Below, piece by piece: positions 1 to 8,440 of a stretch of DNA of 52,059 bases; position 1 is the first letter of the stretch, and every line of letters starts with the position of its first letter. The notes under the pieces were generated by a model. The model saw only the letters and a list, made by a program, of their open reading frames with translations, searched no databases and was not told the origin of the DNA. The translations under genes were made by a program, and so were the position numbers. Source of the DNA: a virus (taxonomy: Duplodnaviria; Caudoviricetes); the IMG/VR virus record IMGVR_UViG_3300036792_000274, positions 1 to 52,059 of that record. One strand, written 5' to 3'.

Positions 1-127
1 AACAGAACATGTTCATCCGCGCCAACGCCGCCCAGAACGTCGTCGGCGCCGCCTTCGGGCCGCTGATCCCGGTCGATCGCCTGCTCACCTACCTCTGGGA
101 CACCGAGGACGACGGCGACCAGGTGGG
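1..127. repeat. Terminal direct repeat, identical to 51933-52059 (circular assembly overlap)
   Basis: Exact 127-bp match of window start and end, inside a coding sequence. Confidence 0.97.
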
Positions 128-1835
128 CCGGTCGATGATGCGCGCCTGCTACCGCGACTGGCTGGTCAAGGACGCGCTGATCCGCGTCGACGCGACGAAG
201 CACCAGCGGAACGCGATGGGCGTGCCGTGGTTCGAGGTCGATAAAGACGCGACCGACAAACAGGTGGGCGAACTGCGCGACATCGCGGAACGTTGGCGCG
301 CGGGCGAGGCGAGCGGCGGCGCGGGCCCGGGCAAGCTGACGCTCAAGGGCGTCGAAGGGCAGCTGCCCGACACGATCGGCTCGGTCAGGTACCACGACCA
401 GCAGATGAGCCGTGCTTTCCTCCAGCTGTTCTTCGACCTGGGGACGACGGAAACCGGCAGCCGCGCGCTCGGCGCCGAGCTCATCGACTGGTACACGCAG
501 TCGCAGGACACCGTTGCCAGCTGGTTCGGCAACACGACGCAGCTTCAGATCGAGCGCGAGGTCGAACTCAACTGGGGGCCCGACGAGCAGCCGCCGCTCT
601 TGACGCATCAGCGCATGGAGAGCCAAGAACTGGCCTTCGCGGACCTGATCGCGGGCGTCGTCGGCGGCCTGATCGTCGTCGACGAAGAGCTCGGCCACTA
701 CATCGAGCAGCGCTGGCACCTGCCGGCGGGCACGGGCGCCACGGAACCGAAAGCCGAACCCGTCCCGCCGCAACTCGAAGAATCGGAACCGGGCGAAGTG
801 CCGGACCCGGGCGAAGAGCCGCTGCCGAAAGCGCCGAATCCCGACGCCCGCCAGCGCAAACGCGCCGAGATGGCGAACCGGATCGCCGCGGCCGCCGTCC
901 GCCCGATGCGCTGGCCCGACCTGGCGCGCGCCGCCGGCGTCGACTCCAAGCACGGCACGGCACGCCGGGCCCGCGACCAGCTGATCCGCGCGGGCCGTCT
1001 CGAGCGGCGCCACGGCGGCGAGTTGGCACCCGTGGCAGGGCTGCGTCTGCCCGACCGCGAGCTACGCCGCGACCCGACCGAGGCCGAGCTCGCCGCGCAC
1101 GTCGACTTCGCCCGCGTGGAGGAAGTCCACGTCTCCGGCGTCGACCTTCTCGTCGAAGCGATCAAAGCCGCTCAGGGAGCGCAGTTCGACGAAATCGCCG
1201 AGGAGGTCGAGGCGGCCGCGGGCGACGCCGAACGCCTGTCGTCGATCACCGTGCAGCCGATCCCCGAGGATACGATCGAAGAGCACCTGCTCGAAGTTGC
1301 CAAAGAGGGCGTGGCGTCGGCACGCGCCGAGCGCGACGCGCAGTTGGCACCCGAGGAACCCGCGGCCGACGCCGCAGGTGCCAACGACGAAGAAGACGAC
1401 CCCGAACCCGACCAGGAAGCGATCGACAAAACGGTCCACGAACGCGCGGTCGCGCTCGCCGGGACGCTGGCCGGCGGGCTGGCCGCGGCGGCGAGCAAAA
1501 AAGCGGCGTCGCTGTCGGCGCTCCCGGCCGCCGAAGCCGCCACGCAGACGCGCGAATACCTCGAAGGGCTGAAAGGCGCTGCGGTCAAAGAGCAGGCGTC
1601 AGGCGCCGTCTCGCAGGCGTACAACACCGGGCGCCGGGAGTTCATGCGCGCCGCCCAGCCGGCCAGCCTCTTCGCGAGCGAGATCCTTGACGGGAACACC
1701 TGCGAAAACTGCGAAGCCGAGGACGGCGAAACCTTCCCGACGCTCGCCGTCGCCGAACAGAGCTACCCGCTTGGCGGCTACATCGAATGCGAAGGCGGCC
1801 TGCTCTGCCGCGGAGTACTCGTCGGCGTCTACTAG
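1..1835 (+). CDS. Portal protein, C-terminal part (Mu gp29/DUF935-like portal + wHTH-like insert + MuF-like C-terminal domain); continues from 51389 across the origin, 792 aa total
   Basis: In frame with ATG 51389 via the repeat; portal-like GRSMMRACYRDW and GSRALG segments; C-terminal DGNTCENC...CEGGLLCRG resembles MuF domains; position after terminase. Confidence 0.85.
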   Translation, partial: QNMFIRANAAQNVVGAAFGPLIPVDRLLTYLWDTEDDGDQVGRSMMRACYRDWLVKDALIRVDATKHQRNAMGVPWFEVDKDATDKQVGELRDIAERWRAGEASGGAGPGKLTLKGVEGQLPDTIGSVRYHDQQMSRAFLQLFFDLGTTETGSRALGAELIDWYTQSQDTVASWFGNTTQLQIEREVELNWGPDEQPPLLTHQRMESQELAFADLIAGVVGGLIVVDEELGHYIEQRWHLPAGTGATEPKAEPVPPQLEESEPGEVPDPGEEPLPKAPNPDARQRKRAEMANRIAAAAVRPMRWPDLARAAGVDSKHGTARRARDQLIRAGRLERRHGGELAPVAGLRLPDRELRRDPTEAELAAHVDFARVEEVHVSGVDLLVEAIKAAQGAQFDEIAEEVEAAAGDAERLSSITVQPIPEDTIEEHLLEVAKEGVASARAERDAQLAPEEPAADAAGANDEEDDPEPDQEAIDKTVHERAVALAGTLAGGLAAAASKKAASLSALPAAEAATQTREYLEGLKGAAVKEQASGAVSQAYNTGRREFMRAAQPASLFASEILDGNTCENCEAEDGETFPTLAVAEQSYPLGGYIECEGGLLCRGVLVGVY

Positions 1836-1846
1836 GGTCCGCCACG

Positions 1847-2065
1847 ATGGAACGGTCGCGGATCAGCGCAGGGCAGGCGGTAGTCGTGAAACCGGAGACG
1901 GGCAGCCGCCGGAGCCGGTCGCTGAGCGGCCAGCGCGCGTTCGTGATCGACCTGGAGCCCGACCCCAAGCGCCCCGATCGCGTCAAAGTGCGGTTCGAGC
2001 GCGGCGGGACGTCGATCGTCCGCATCCACCGGCTGCAACCGGCGATCGAACGCATAAACCCTTGA
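1847..2065 (+). CDS. Small basic hypothetical protein (possibly SH3/KOW-like beta barrel)
   Basis: ATG 1847 lies 9 nt after TAGGGT; ORF fills the gap after portal. Confidence 0.55.
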   Translation: MERSRISAGQAVVVKPETGSRRSRSLSGQRAFVIDLEPDPKRPDRVKVRFERGGTSIVRIHRLQPAIERINP

Positions 2066-2105
2066 CGCGCGGCTAGGTTTCTTGATACCCTCTGGGTGTG
2101 ATCGT
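2056..2105 (+). promoter_or_regulatory. Sigma70-type promoter with overlapping palindromic operator and +1 GTGATCGT box
   Basis: TTGACG 2062-2067, 18 bp spacer, TACCCT 2086-2091; CCTTG-acgcgcgg-CTAGG; GTGATCGT at 2098. Confidence 0.85.
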
Positions 2106-2127
2106 CACTCCCAACCTGGAGGTCCCA

Positions 2128-2553
2128 GTGAAACTCTCCCTAGACCAGTTCGATCGCCTCAAGCACGTGCTCGGCGACGTCGACCTCAGCGATGCCGACG
2201 AACCGGCCGCGTCGCGGATCAACAAGGTCACCCGCGAGGACGCCGCGGTCACCGCGCACGTCGAGTGGGGCCGGATCGTCTACGACCGCGACGAGATCGT
2301 CGCCGCGATGGTCGACACGCTGCACCCCATGATCGTCGACGACGCGGGCGCCGAGCTCGGCATCGGGTCGATGGTCAGCGACGGCAGCGGGGGCGACGGC
2401 GAAGTCGTCAAGATCCTCGAGCCCGACGAATCGCATTGGAAGGTCGGCGTCCAGTGGCCGGAGTACGACGAACCCGAGTTGCACTCGGCGCTCCCCGTCG
2501 ACATGTCGGAAGCGTGGCTGGTCTGCAACGCCGTCACCGTCTCCAAACCGTGA
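2128..2553 (+). CDS. Hypothetical protein (alternative in-frame leaderless start at 2098)
   Basis: GGAGG before GTG 2128; acidic protein-like composition. Confidence 0.75.
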   Translation: MKLSLDQFDRLKHVLGDVDLSDADEPAASRINKVTREDAAVTAHVEWGRIVYDRDEIVAAMVDTLHPMIVDDAGAELGIGSMVSDGSGGDGEVVKILEPDESHWKVGVQWPEYDEPELHSALPVDMSEAWLVCNAVTVSKP

Positions 2554-2759
2554 CCTTTCTCGACGATCACAAGGTCGACCCGCCGGGGACTCATTCCCCG
2601 GCGGCGTCGATCGACTGCCCCGAGTGCGGGACGTCTCTGGAGGTCGGCTACGACGTCGAGTACTCCGGCGGCGACTGCCACCGCTGCGGCACCGCGATCG
2701 ACGAAGACGAAGTGCGCGACCAGCTGACGGCCGCGAGCGAGCCGAGGGAGTGGGGATGA
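2550..2759 (+). CDS. Small zinc-ribbon protein
   Basis: GTGA overlap; CPECG...CHRCG. Confidence 0.7.
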   Translation: MTFLDDHKVDPPGTHSPAASIDCPECGTSLEVGYDVEYSGGDCHRCGTAIDEDEVRDQLTAASEPREWG

Positions 2760-3079
2760 ACCAGCGCGCAGACGCCTCCGTTGTCGCCGACATGCACATC
2801 TTCGCCCGGATCGGCGACCGCTACTGGGAGACGCCGCGGTGCCGCTCGGCGCTGCTCCCGTGGGTCACGTTCTCGGTGCGCGGCCACATCCTGACTTCGC
2901 AGCTGGTCCCGGAGTTCGACGCGATCGGCTGGCCCTGGCCGACCTGGCGCTGCACCAAACGCCCGTTCGACTGGGCCGAGGATCAAGCCGACCTCCCGCA
3001 CCCGCCGCGAGGGCTGCAAGACGATCGGCGACGGTGGACGTTCCCACTTCGCCCGCCGGCGCCGGTCGTGCAGCCATGA
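2756..3079 (+). CDS. Hypothetical protein (Trp-rich)
   Basis: ATGA overlaps at both ends; GGGAG upstream. Confidence 0.6.
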   Translation: MNQRADASVVADMHIFARIGDRYWETPRCRSALLPWVTFSVRGHILTSQLVPEFDAIGWPWPTWRCTKRPFDWAEDQADLPHPPRGLQDDRRRWTFPLRPPAPVVQP

Positions 3080-3378
3080 CGTCCGCGTTGCAGCTGGAGC
3101 TCGGCGAGCACGTGGTCACCGTCGACGAGGCAAACCAGCGGCTCAAGGAAGCGCTCGAGGTCCGCGTCGACGCCCACAAGCGGCGCTGCCGCGATCAGCC
3201 GATCATGACCGTCCACGAATACCTGGTCGCGCTGGAGTGGGTGCGCTGGGTCGAGGACACGCTCGAGCCGATCCGCGAGGCCAACGGGTTCACCTGCTCG
3301 CGGGCCTACGAACGGTGCAGCGCCCACACCGAGGACTTCTACCGCGGCGAGCAGGGGAGGGCGTTTTGGGCGCGCTGA
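3076..3378 (+). CDS. Hypothetical protein
   Basis: ATGA overlap, operon tiling. Confidence 0.65.
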   Translation: MTSALQLELGEHVVTVDEANQRLKEALEVRVDAHKRRCRDQPIMTVHEYLVALEWVRWVEDTLEPIREANGFTCSRAYERCSAHTEDFYRGEQGRAFWAR

Positions 3379-3389
3379 AGCTTGGCGAC

Positions 3390-3632
3390 ATGCACCACGC
3401 CGCGGTCGCGATCGAAGAACTCTGGGCCGAGCGCGCGGAGCCGAAGACGGCCACAGAGGTCGCCGAAAAGCTGCGCTGGTTCGAGCCCGGGCACAATGTC
3501 GACGTCGTGACCGGCGGCGGCGAGCACTCGACCTTCGAGAGCCGCGGGGCGCCGGAAACCCACCGCGCGGCCGTCGCCCTGGAGGCGGCGATGGACCACG
3601 GGCTGATCCTCCGCGAAGCCATCCGTGCGTGA
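3390..3632 (+). CDS. Hypothetical protein (start uncertain)
   Basis: Operon tiling; protein-like composition. Confidence 0.55.
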   Translation: MHHAAVAIEELWAERAEPKTATEVAEKLRWFEPGHNVDVVTGGGEHSTFESRGAPETHRAAVALEAAMDHGLILREAIRA

Positions 3633-3981
3633 GCCGATCTCACAGGCCAAGCTGGTCGGGCTGCGCCAGGTGCTCGAGCGCGACGGCGCCGCGCAGTTCC
3701 ACCGCGGCTCGGTCGTCGAGATCGTCGACTGCACCGGCTGCAAGGGCCGCGGCCAGGTGCCCGAAGGCGGCCGCCTGCCGCATGAGGACGTGACCTGGCT
3801 GCGCTGCGAACGGTGCAAAGGGGAGTGCTCGGTCCTGCGCGTCACCGGCCCGATGGGCGGCATCACGCACTACGCGCTCGAGGACATCCGCCACGCCTAC
3901 GACCTGGCGCTGAACGGGCCGCGACCGAAGGCCCAGCCGAAGGGCGATCCGGGCGACTACGGCGACGAAGCGCCGTTCTAG
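3625..3981 (+). CDS. Protein with DnaJ-type zinc finger
   Basis: CTGCKGRG...CERCKGE. Confidence 0.7.
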   Translation: MREPISQAKLVGLRQVLERDGAAQFHRGSVVEIVDCTGCKGRGQVPEGGRLPHEDVTWLRCERCKGECSVLRVTGPMGGITHYALEDIRHAYDLALNGPRPKAQPKGDPGDYGDEAPF

Positions 3982-4044
3982 CCGCCGCCTGGGCACATAG
4001 GGTCCGCGCCTCTGGGGGGCTGTAGGCGCCGGCGGCTCGGACTG

Positions 4045-4067
4045 GGGGCCGCCGGCGCTTCTATCGT
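4045..4067 (+). promoter_or_regulatory. Late-type leaderless promoter of protease gene
   Basis: GGGGCCG-N10-TATCGT, ATG 7 nt downstream; 17-mer ctgggggccgccggcgc identical to 50111-50127. Confidence 0.7.
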
Positions 4068-4073
4068 GGGCGC

Positions 4074-4616
4074 ATGAGCGAAGCCCTGCCGCTGTTGTCG
4101 ATCCCTCACGTCGAGCTCGCCACGGTCGGCAAGGACTGGCCCGGCTCCAACGGCGACCTGACCTTCCGGTTCGACCACTTTGAAGACGCCGTGGTCGCGG
4201 CCAACGAGGACCCGCACATTCAGCTGCCGCGGATCAAGATCGGCCACACCGACCCGCGCTTCAACACCGAAGTCGAGCACGACCACGACCCGTTCTGGGC
4301 CTTCGACGACGGCGAGCCCGCGCTCGGGTCGATCGCCAACCTCGAACTCGACGGCGCGGTCCTCTTCGGCGACTTCATCAACGTCCCGTTCTGGCTCGCG
4401 ACGATCATGCCCGCGGCGTACCCGAACCGCTCGCTGGAGGGCGCCTACGTCGACGGCCGCTGGCGCGTCGTCACGCCCGGCGGCAAGGAGTACTCGTTTG
4501 TCCTCACCGCCGTCGCGCTGCTCGGCATCTTCCGCCCCGCGGTCGAAGATCTCGAGGACCTGGAGGGCTTCCTCACGATGGGCGACGGCGTGGAATACAT
4601 CACGCCGGAGCAGTAG
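4074..4616 (+). CDS. Mu-like prohead (capsid maturation) protease
   Basis: IKIGH, PALGSI, YPNRSLE, LTAVALLG..PAV motifs as in Mu gpI-type proteases; position before scaffold and capsid. Confidence 0.75.
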   Translation: MSEALPLLSIPHVELATVGKDWPGSNGDLTFRFDHFEDAVVAANEDPHIQLPRIKIGHTDPRFNTEVEHDHDPFWAFDDGEPALGSIANLELDGAVLFGDFINVPFWLATIMPAAYPNRSLEGAYVDGRWRVVTPGGKEYSFVLTAVALLGIFRPAVEDLEDLEGFLTMGDGVEYITPEQ

Positions 4617-4638
4617 GGGTCGACGGCGGTGGCACGAT
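4616..4638 (+). promoter_or_regulatory. Late-type leaderless promoter
   Basis: GGGGTCG-N10-CACGAT, in-frame GTG at 4646. Confidence 0.55.
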
Positions 4639-5791
4639 GAGGACCGTGAAGCGCGACCCGAAACCGACCGCCGCCCGCCCGCGCCAGGCGCGCCGCGCCG
4701 CGCCGGCCGCAGCGCCCGCGATCGAGGCCGCGGCGGACATCGACCGCGTGGTCGAGCTCTACTGCCAGGAACTGATCTCGAAAGGCTACGACGACCCCGA
4801 ATACTGGTGGTGGCCGCGCGCGGTCTGGGCCGACCCGAACCAGCTGATCGTCGACGGCGAGAACGGCTCCCTCTACCGGGTCGCCTTCTCGACCAACGAT
4901 CAGCAGGAGGTCACCTTCGCCGATCCGGTCGAGGTTCTGGAGACGTTCACCGACCTTGAGCCCGCGGCCAAGGCCCGCGTCCTCGTCTCTGCGGCGCGCG
5001 ACACGGGCTCCCGCGCCCCGTCCCGCGTCTATGCGAGCCGCGAGGACACGCCTGCGGCCCCGAAAACGGAGCCGGAGGGGGGGGTCGATGAGGGCGGTAA
5101 CAATGTTGGCATGAACCGCGAGCAACTTTGCGCCGCACTCGGGCTTCCCGCCGACGCGACCGACGAGCAGATCGACGCGAAAACCGCGGAGCTTGCCGCG
5201 GCCGACCCCGCAGAGGGCGGCGACGGCGGCCAGGGCGGCGGCGAGCCGGACCCGGCGCCCGCAGGTGAGGGCGGCGAGGGTGGAGAGGGCGGCGAGCCCG
5301 ATCCCGCTCCGGCCGCGAGCGCTCAGCTGCCCGAGGGCATGGTCGCGGTCCCGGCCGACATCTGGGAGTCGGTCCAGACGGGCGCCATCGCCGGCGGCCA
5401 GCTGGCCGAGCAGGCGGAGGTCACCAACCGCGACAGCACGATCGTCGCCGCGACCGCCGCGGGCAAAATCTCGCCCAGCGCGAAAGAGTCGATGGTCAAC
5501 CTGCACGCCCGGGACAAAGAGGCGTTCTACAAACTTCTGACCGCATCGGTCAGCGAGGGCGGCCTCGCCCCGAACCTGATTCCGGTGGCCCAGCGCGGCG
5601 GTGCTGCGACGGCGACCGGCGCGACGCCGGGGCCCGGTGGCGGACCCGGCGCGATGGTTCCGGGCGGTCAGGTTCCGGCCGAGGCCGGCGGCGAGTACGT
5701 CCCGCCGGAGCGCATGGTCGCTCTCTTCGGCAAGCAGTACGCCCCGCCCGCGCCTGACGCATCGGGCATGACCGTGATCGGAGCTCAGTGA
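4637..5791 (+). CDS. Scaffolding protein with N-terminal extra domain; probable internal start at 5111 (start 4637 or 4646)
   Basis: MNREQLCAALGLPADATDEQI and A..AGKISP motifs typical of Mu-like scaffold regions. Confidence 0.7.
   Translation: MRTVKRDPKPTAARPRQARRAAPAAAPAIEAAADIDRVVELYCQELISKGYDDPEYWWWPRAVWADPNQLIVDGENGSLYRVAFSTNDQQEVTFADPVEVLETFTDLEPAAKARVLVSAARDTGSRAPSRVYASREDTPAAPKTEPEGGVDEGGNNVGMNREQLCAALGLPADATDEQIDAKTAELAAADPAEGGDGGQGGGEPDPAPAGEGGEGGEGGEPDPAPAASAQLPEGMVAVPADIWESVQTGAIAGGQLAEQAEVTNRDSTIVAATAAGKISPSAKESMVNLHARDKEAFYKLLTASVSEGGLAPNLIPVAQRGGAATATGATPGPGGGPGAMVPGGQVPAEAGGEYVPPERMVALFGKQYAPPAPDASGMTVIGAQ
5081..5104 (+). promoter_or_regulatory. Internal late-type promoter for scaffold start at 5111
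   Basis: GGGGTCG-N10-TAACAAT then ATG 5111. Confidence 0.6.
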
Positions 5792-6213
5792 TGTTCGGAG
5801 AGGCAATCGCACCGCTGCCGGTTCTCGAGCGCTCGGTCAAGGCCGAGGAAGAACAGCTAATCGCCGGGCGCCTGGTCAGCTTCAAAGCGTTCAGCGCCGA
5901 GAAGGACTTCACCGTCGTCCACGCGGCGGCCAACGCCCTCGCCGTCGACATCTTCGGCTGCGTGCAGAAGACGTCGAAGGACCCGAAAGCCGAACCGATC
6001 CCCGACCGCCACGACGGCGGCCTGCGGGTGATGACGGTCGGCCACGGCTCCATCGCCTGGGTGGAAGCCGAAGGCGAAGTCAAAACCGGCGAAAAGCTTC
6101 AGACGGTCGCGGGCGGCAAAGTCGCCAAACTCGCGGAAGCCGGCAAAAACGCCGTCTGCAAGGTGGTCGGTCCCAACGCCAAAAACGCCCTCGTCGAAGT
6201 GGAGCTCTTCTGA
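5788..6213 (+). CDS. Capsid decoration/cement protein
   Basis: 141-aa beta-rich protein between scaffold and major capsid gene. Confidence 0.6.
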   Translation: MMFGEAIAPLPVLERSVKAEEEQLIAGRLVSFKAFSAEKDFTVVHAAANALAVDIFGCVQKTSKDPKAEPIPDRHDGGLRVMTVGHGSIAWVEAEGEVKTGEKLQTVAGGKVAKLAEAGKNAVCKVVGPNAKNALVEVELF

Positions 6214-7259
6214 TGCACCCCGATAACTTCACCCCGAACCGCAAGGCGCTCAAGGAGCTCCTGGTCCGCGCCAGCTACGGCGATCTCGAGCTCTCGGCGA
6301 ACGGCCTGCCGATCCTGGCCGGCGCCGCGGCGATGCCGCAGAACCCGGTCGCGATGCCGCTCGGGCCCGCGACGGTCGACGGGACCACGATCACGGTCGA
6401 CACCTACGTCAACCCGCCCGTCCAGATCCCGGGGATCATCCGCAACCTGGTCGCGGCGAATCAGGGCTACTTCGCCGAGCAGATCTTCTCGACGCCGGGC
6501 TTCACCGTTACCGGCGGCGCGATCATCTACGAGGAGACGTTCCCGGAAGACTACTTCCTGCCCGCGGGCAAAGAAGGCGGCCCGCGTGCCCCCGGCGCGC
6601 CCGCCAAACGTCTCGGCTCGACCCGCCGGCCGATCAAAGCGGCCTACCCCGAATCGTGGGCCGGGTCGATCGAAGTCACCGACGAGGCGCGCACCCGCAA
6701 CAAAGTGATCGCCGTCCGCCGCCAGTTCACGCAGGCGGCCAACACGATCGCGAACAACATCCAGACGCGGGCCCTCGAATACCTTCAGGACAAGGTTGAA
6801 GAATGGGAGCGCCAGAACGCCGGGAAAAACTGGCACGAAGCGCGCCCCGAAGGGCTGGTCAACGTCGACCCGTTCACGATGCCGCACCGCGACATCGCCC
6901 TGGAGATCAAACTCTTCCAAGAGGACAAAGTTGGCGTCCTGCCCGACACGATCATCCTCAACACGGAAGACAACTTCTTCCTGACGGTGCTCTACTCGAG
7001 CTTCCCCAACGGCGGGCTCGACGGGATGCTGCGGTCCTACGGGATCAACAAGCGCCTCGTCTCGGTCCTGGCGCCGGAAGGCAACCCCTACTTCCTCCAG
7101 GCCGGCGGCATCGGCGTGATGGCCTTCGAGAAACCGCTGACGCAGGAGTACTCGCGCGTCGGGGAACGGTTCACGGACGTCTTCTCGCTCGACGTCGCGC
7201 CCGTCCTGGTCGCCTACGACGCGAGCACCATCCGGCAGCTGACCGGAGTGAACGCCTAG
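6213..7259 (+). CDS. Major capsid protein
   Basis: 348 aa, synteny, HK97-like features (PDTIILN segment), followed by a terminator. Confidence 0.8.
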   Translation: MHPDNFTPNRKALKELLVRASYGDLELSANGLPILAGAAAMPQNPVAMPLGPATVDGTTITVDTYVNPPVQIPGIIRNLVAANQGYFAEQIFSTPGFTVTGGAIIYEETFPEDYFLPAGKEGGPRAPGAPAKRLGSTRRPIKAAYPESWAGSIEVTDEARTRNKVIAVRRQFTQAANTIANNIQTRALEYLQDKVEEWERQNAGKNWHEARPEGLVNVDPFTMPHRDIALEIKLFQEDKVGVLPDTIILNTEDNFFLTVLYSSFPNGGLDGMLRSYGINKRLVSVLAPEGNPYFLQAGGIGVMAFEKPLTQEYSRVGERFTDVFSLDVAPVLVAYDASTIRQLTGVNA

Positions 7260-7331
7260 CTTCGATACGCGCCCCGCGGCGAGCGGCGCAGGCGGTGTGT
7301 AGGCCCGTCAGCAGGATTCCCATAGAGACGA

Positions 7332-7370
7332 AAGAGGGTCGGCCACCGCGGGGCCGGCCCTCTTGCTTTG
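7332..7370 (+). terminator. Intrinsic terminator-like hairpin after capsid gene
   Basis: aagagggtcggcc / ggccggccctctt stem followed by gctttg. Confidence 0.7.
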
Positions 7371-7371
7371 T

Positions 7372-7394
7372 GGGGTCGACGATCGCGGGAGACT
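7372..7394 (+). promoter_or_regulatory. Late-type leaderless promoter of neck genes
   Basis: GGGGTCG-N10-GAGACT, ATG 7401. Confidence 0.6.
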
Positions 7395-7400
7395 GGGGGC

Positions 7401-7883
7401 ATGGCCGAAGGCGATCCGACCCCCAGCTGGCGCCCGACGACCAAAGCGGTCGCGAGCTACATCCGCACCCGCACGAAGGTCGCCGGCGGCGGCATCGTCG
7501 GCGACTTCACCACCGAGACGAAACCGACCGGCGAACAGGCCGAAGAAGTGATCTCGGAGGCGTGCGACTACATCGCCACGTCGCTCGGCGTCGACGAACC
7601 GTGCAACGACAACCTGAAGCGGCGCACGGGCGTCGTGGCGGCCATGTACGCCGCCCTTCTGATCGAGCAGAGCTTCTACCCCGAGACGACCGAAAGCCGC
7701 GGCTCCAGCTTCAAATCGCTCGAAGCGCTGTTCAACCCGGCACTCAAACGTCTCGAAGTCGCCGTCGAGGAACAGTGCGGCGAGGGCGAGGGCGGTGGCG
7801 CGGACGGCCTGCACCCGAAAGCCGAAGGCAACTTCCCGACGACCGAAATGGCCGGGGGCTCCGGCGAAGCCTCCATTTGGTGA
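7401..7883 (+). CDS. Head-tail adaptor
   Basis: Helical protein directly after capsid; synteny. Confidence 0.65.
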   Translation: MAEGDPTPSWRPTTKAVASYIRTRTKVAGGGIVGDFTTETKPTGEQAEEVISEACDYIATSLGVDEPCNDNLKRRTGVVAAMYAALLIEQSFYPETTESRGSSFKSLEALFNPALKRLEVAVEEQCGEGEGGGADGLHPKAEGNFPTTEMAGGSGEASIW

Positions 7884-8440
7884 TGCCAGAGCCCGCCGGC
7901 AGCTTCGCGATCTACTACGAGATCGAGGGCGTCCCCGAGATCAAACACGTCCTCATGGGCGTCCGCGACCGGGCGCTCGACGGCGCGCCGGTCCTGTCGC
8001 TGATCTTGGACGACATGCGGCGCCTGGAGATCGCGCTCTTCGGCTCGGAAGGCTACGGCGAGTGGGCGCCGCTGGCCGAGTCGACCCTCGAACGCAAGGC
8101 GGAAGAAGGCTACCCGCCGAACATCCTCCAGGCCACGGAGCAGCTGATGGACTCGCTGACCGGCAACCTCGCCGCCGCCGGCCACGTGGAGCACATAACG
8201 CCCGAGGAAATCCTCTACGGGACCACCGTGCCGTGGGCGATCTACCACCAGTACGGGACCCGCTACATGCCCGCGCGGCCGCCGGTCGACGTGCGCGACT
8301 CGGACATCGCCCGCTGGACGAAGATGATCCAAGCCTACGTCTTCGGGATCGACGCGGCCGAGATGGGCGACGTCGGCGGCGGGCTCTCCGTGGCGCCCTT
8401 CGGCCTGGTCAGCAACGAGCCCTTCGGAGCGGCGCTGTGA
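7883..8440 (+). CDS. Virion morphogenesis/neck protein (Mu gpG-like)
   Basis: WAPLAESTL..K and YHQYGT..MPARP motifs. Confidence 0.8.
   Translation: MPEPAGSFAIYYEIEGVPEIKHVLMGVRDRALDGAPVLSLILDDMRRLEIALFGSEGYGEWAPLAESTLERKAEEGYPPNILQATEQLMDSLTGNLAAAGHVEHITPEEILYGTTVPWAIYHQYGTRYMPARPPVDVRDSDIARWTKMIQAYVFGIDAAEMGDVGGGLSVAPFGLVSNEPFGAAL

Noticed and set aside
9-11. ATG 9 as the start of a 608-aa protein
   Set aside because: The frame continues upstream across the origin to ATG 51389
4614-4640. Amber read-through or TAG recoding joining protease and scaffold
   Set aside because: The downstream ORF is in a different frame, and TAG ends many full-length genes normally
7391-7399. GACTGGGGG before ATG 7401 as a target of the 6C-like loop
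   Set aside because: A 9-nt match is near chance expectation in GC-rich DNA, and it lies upstream of the predicted leaderless start
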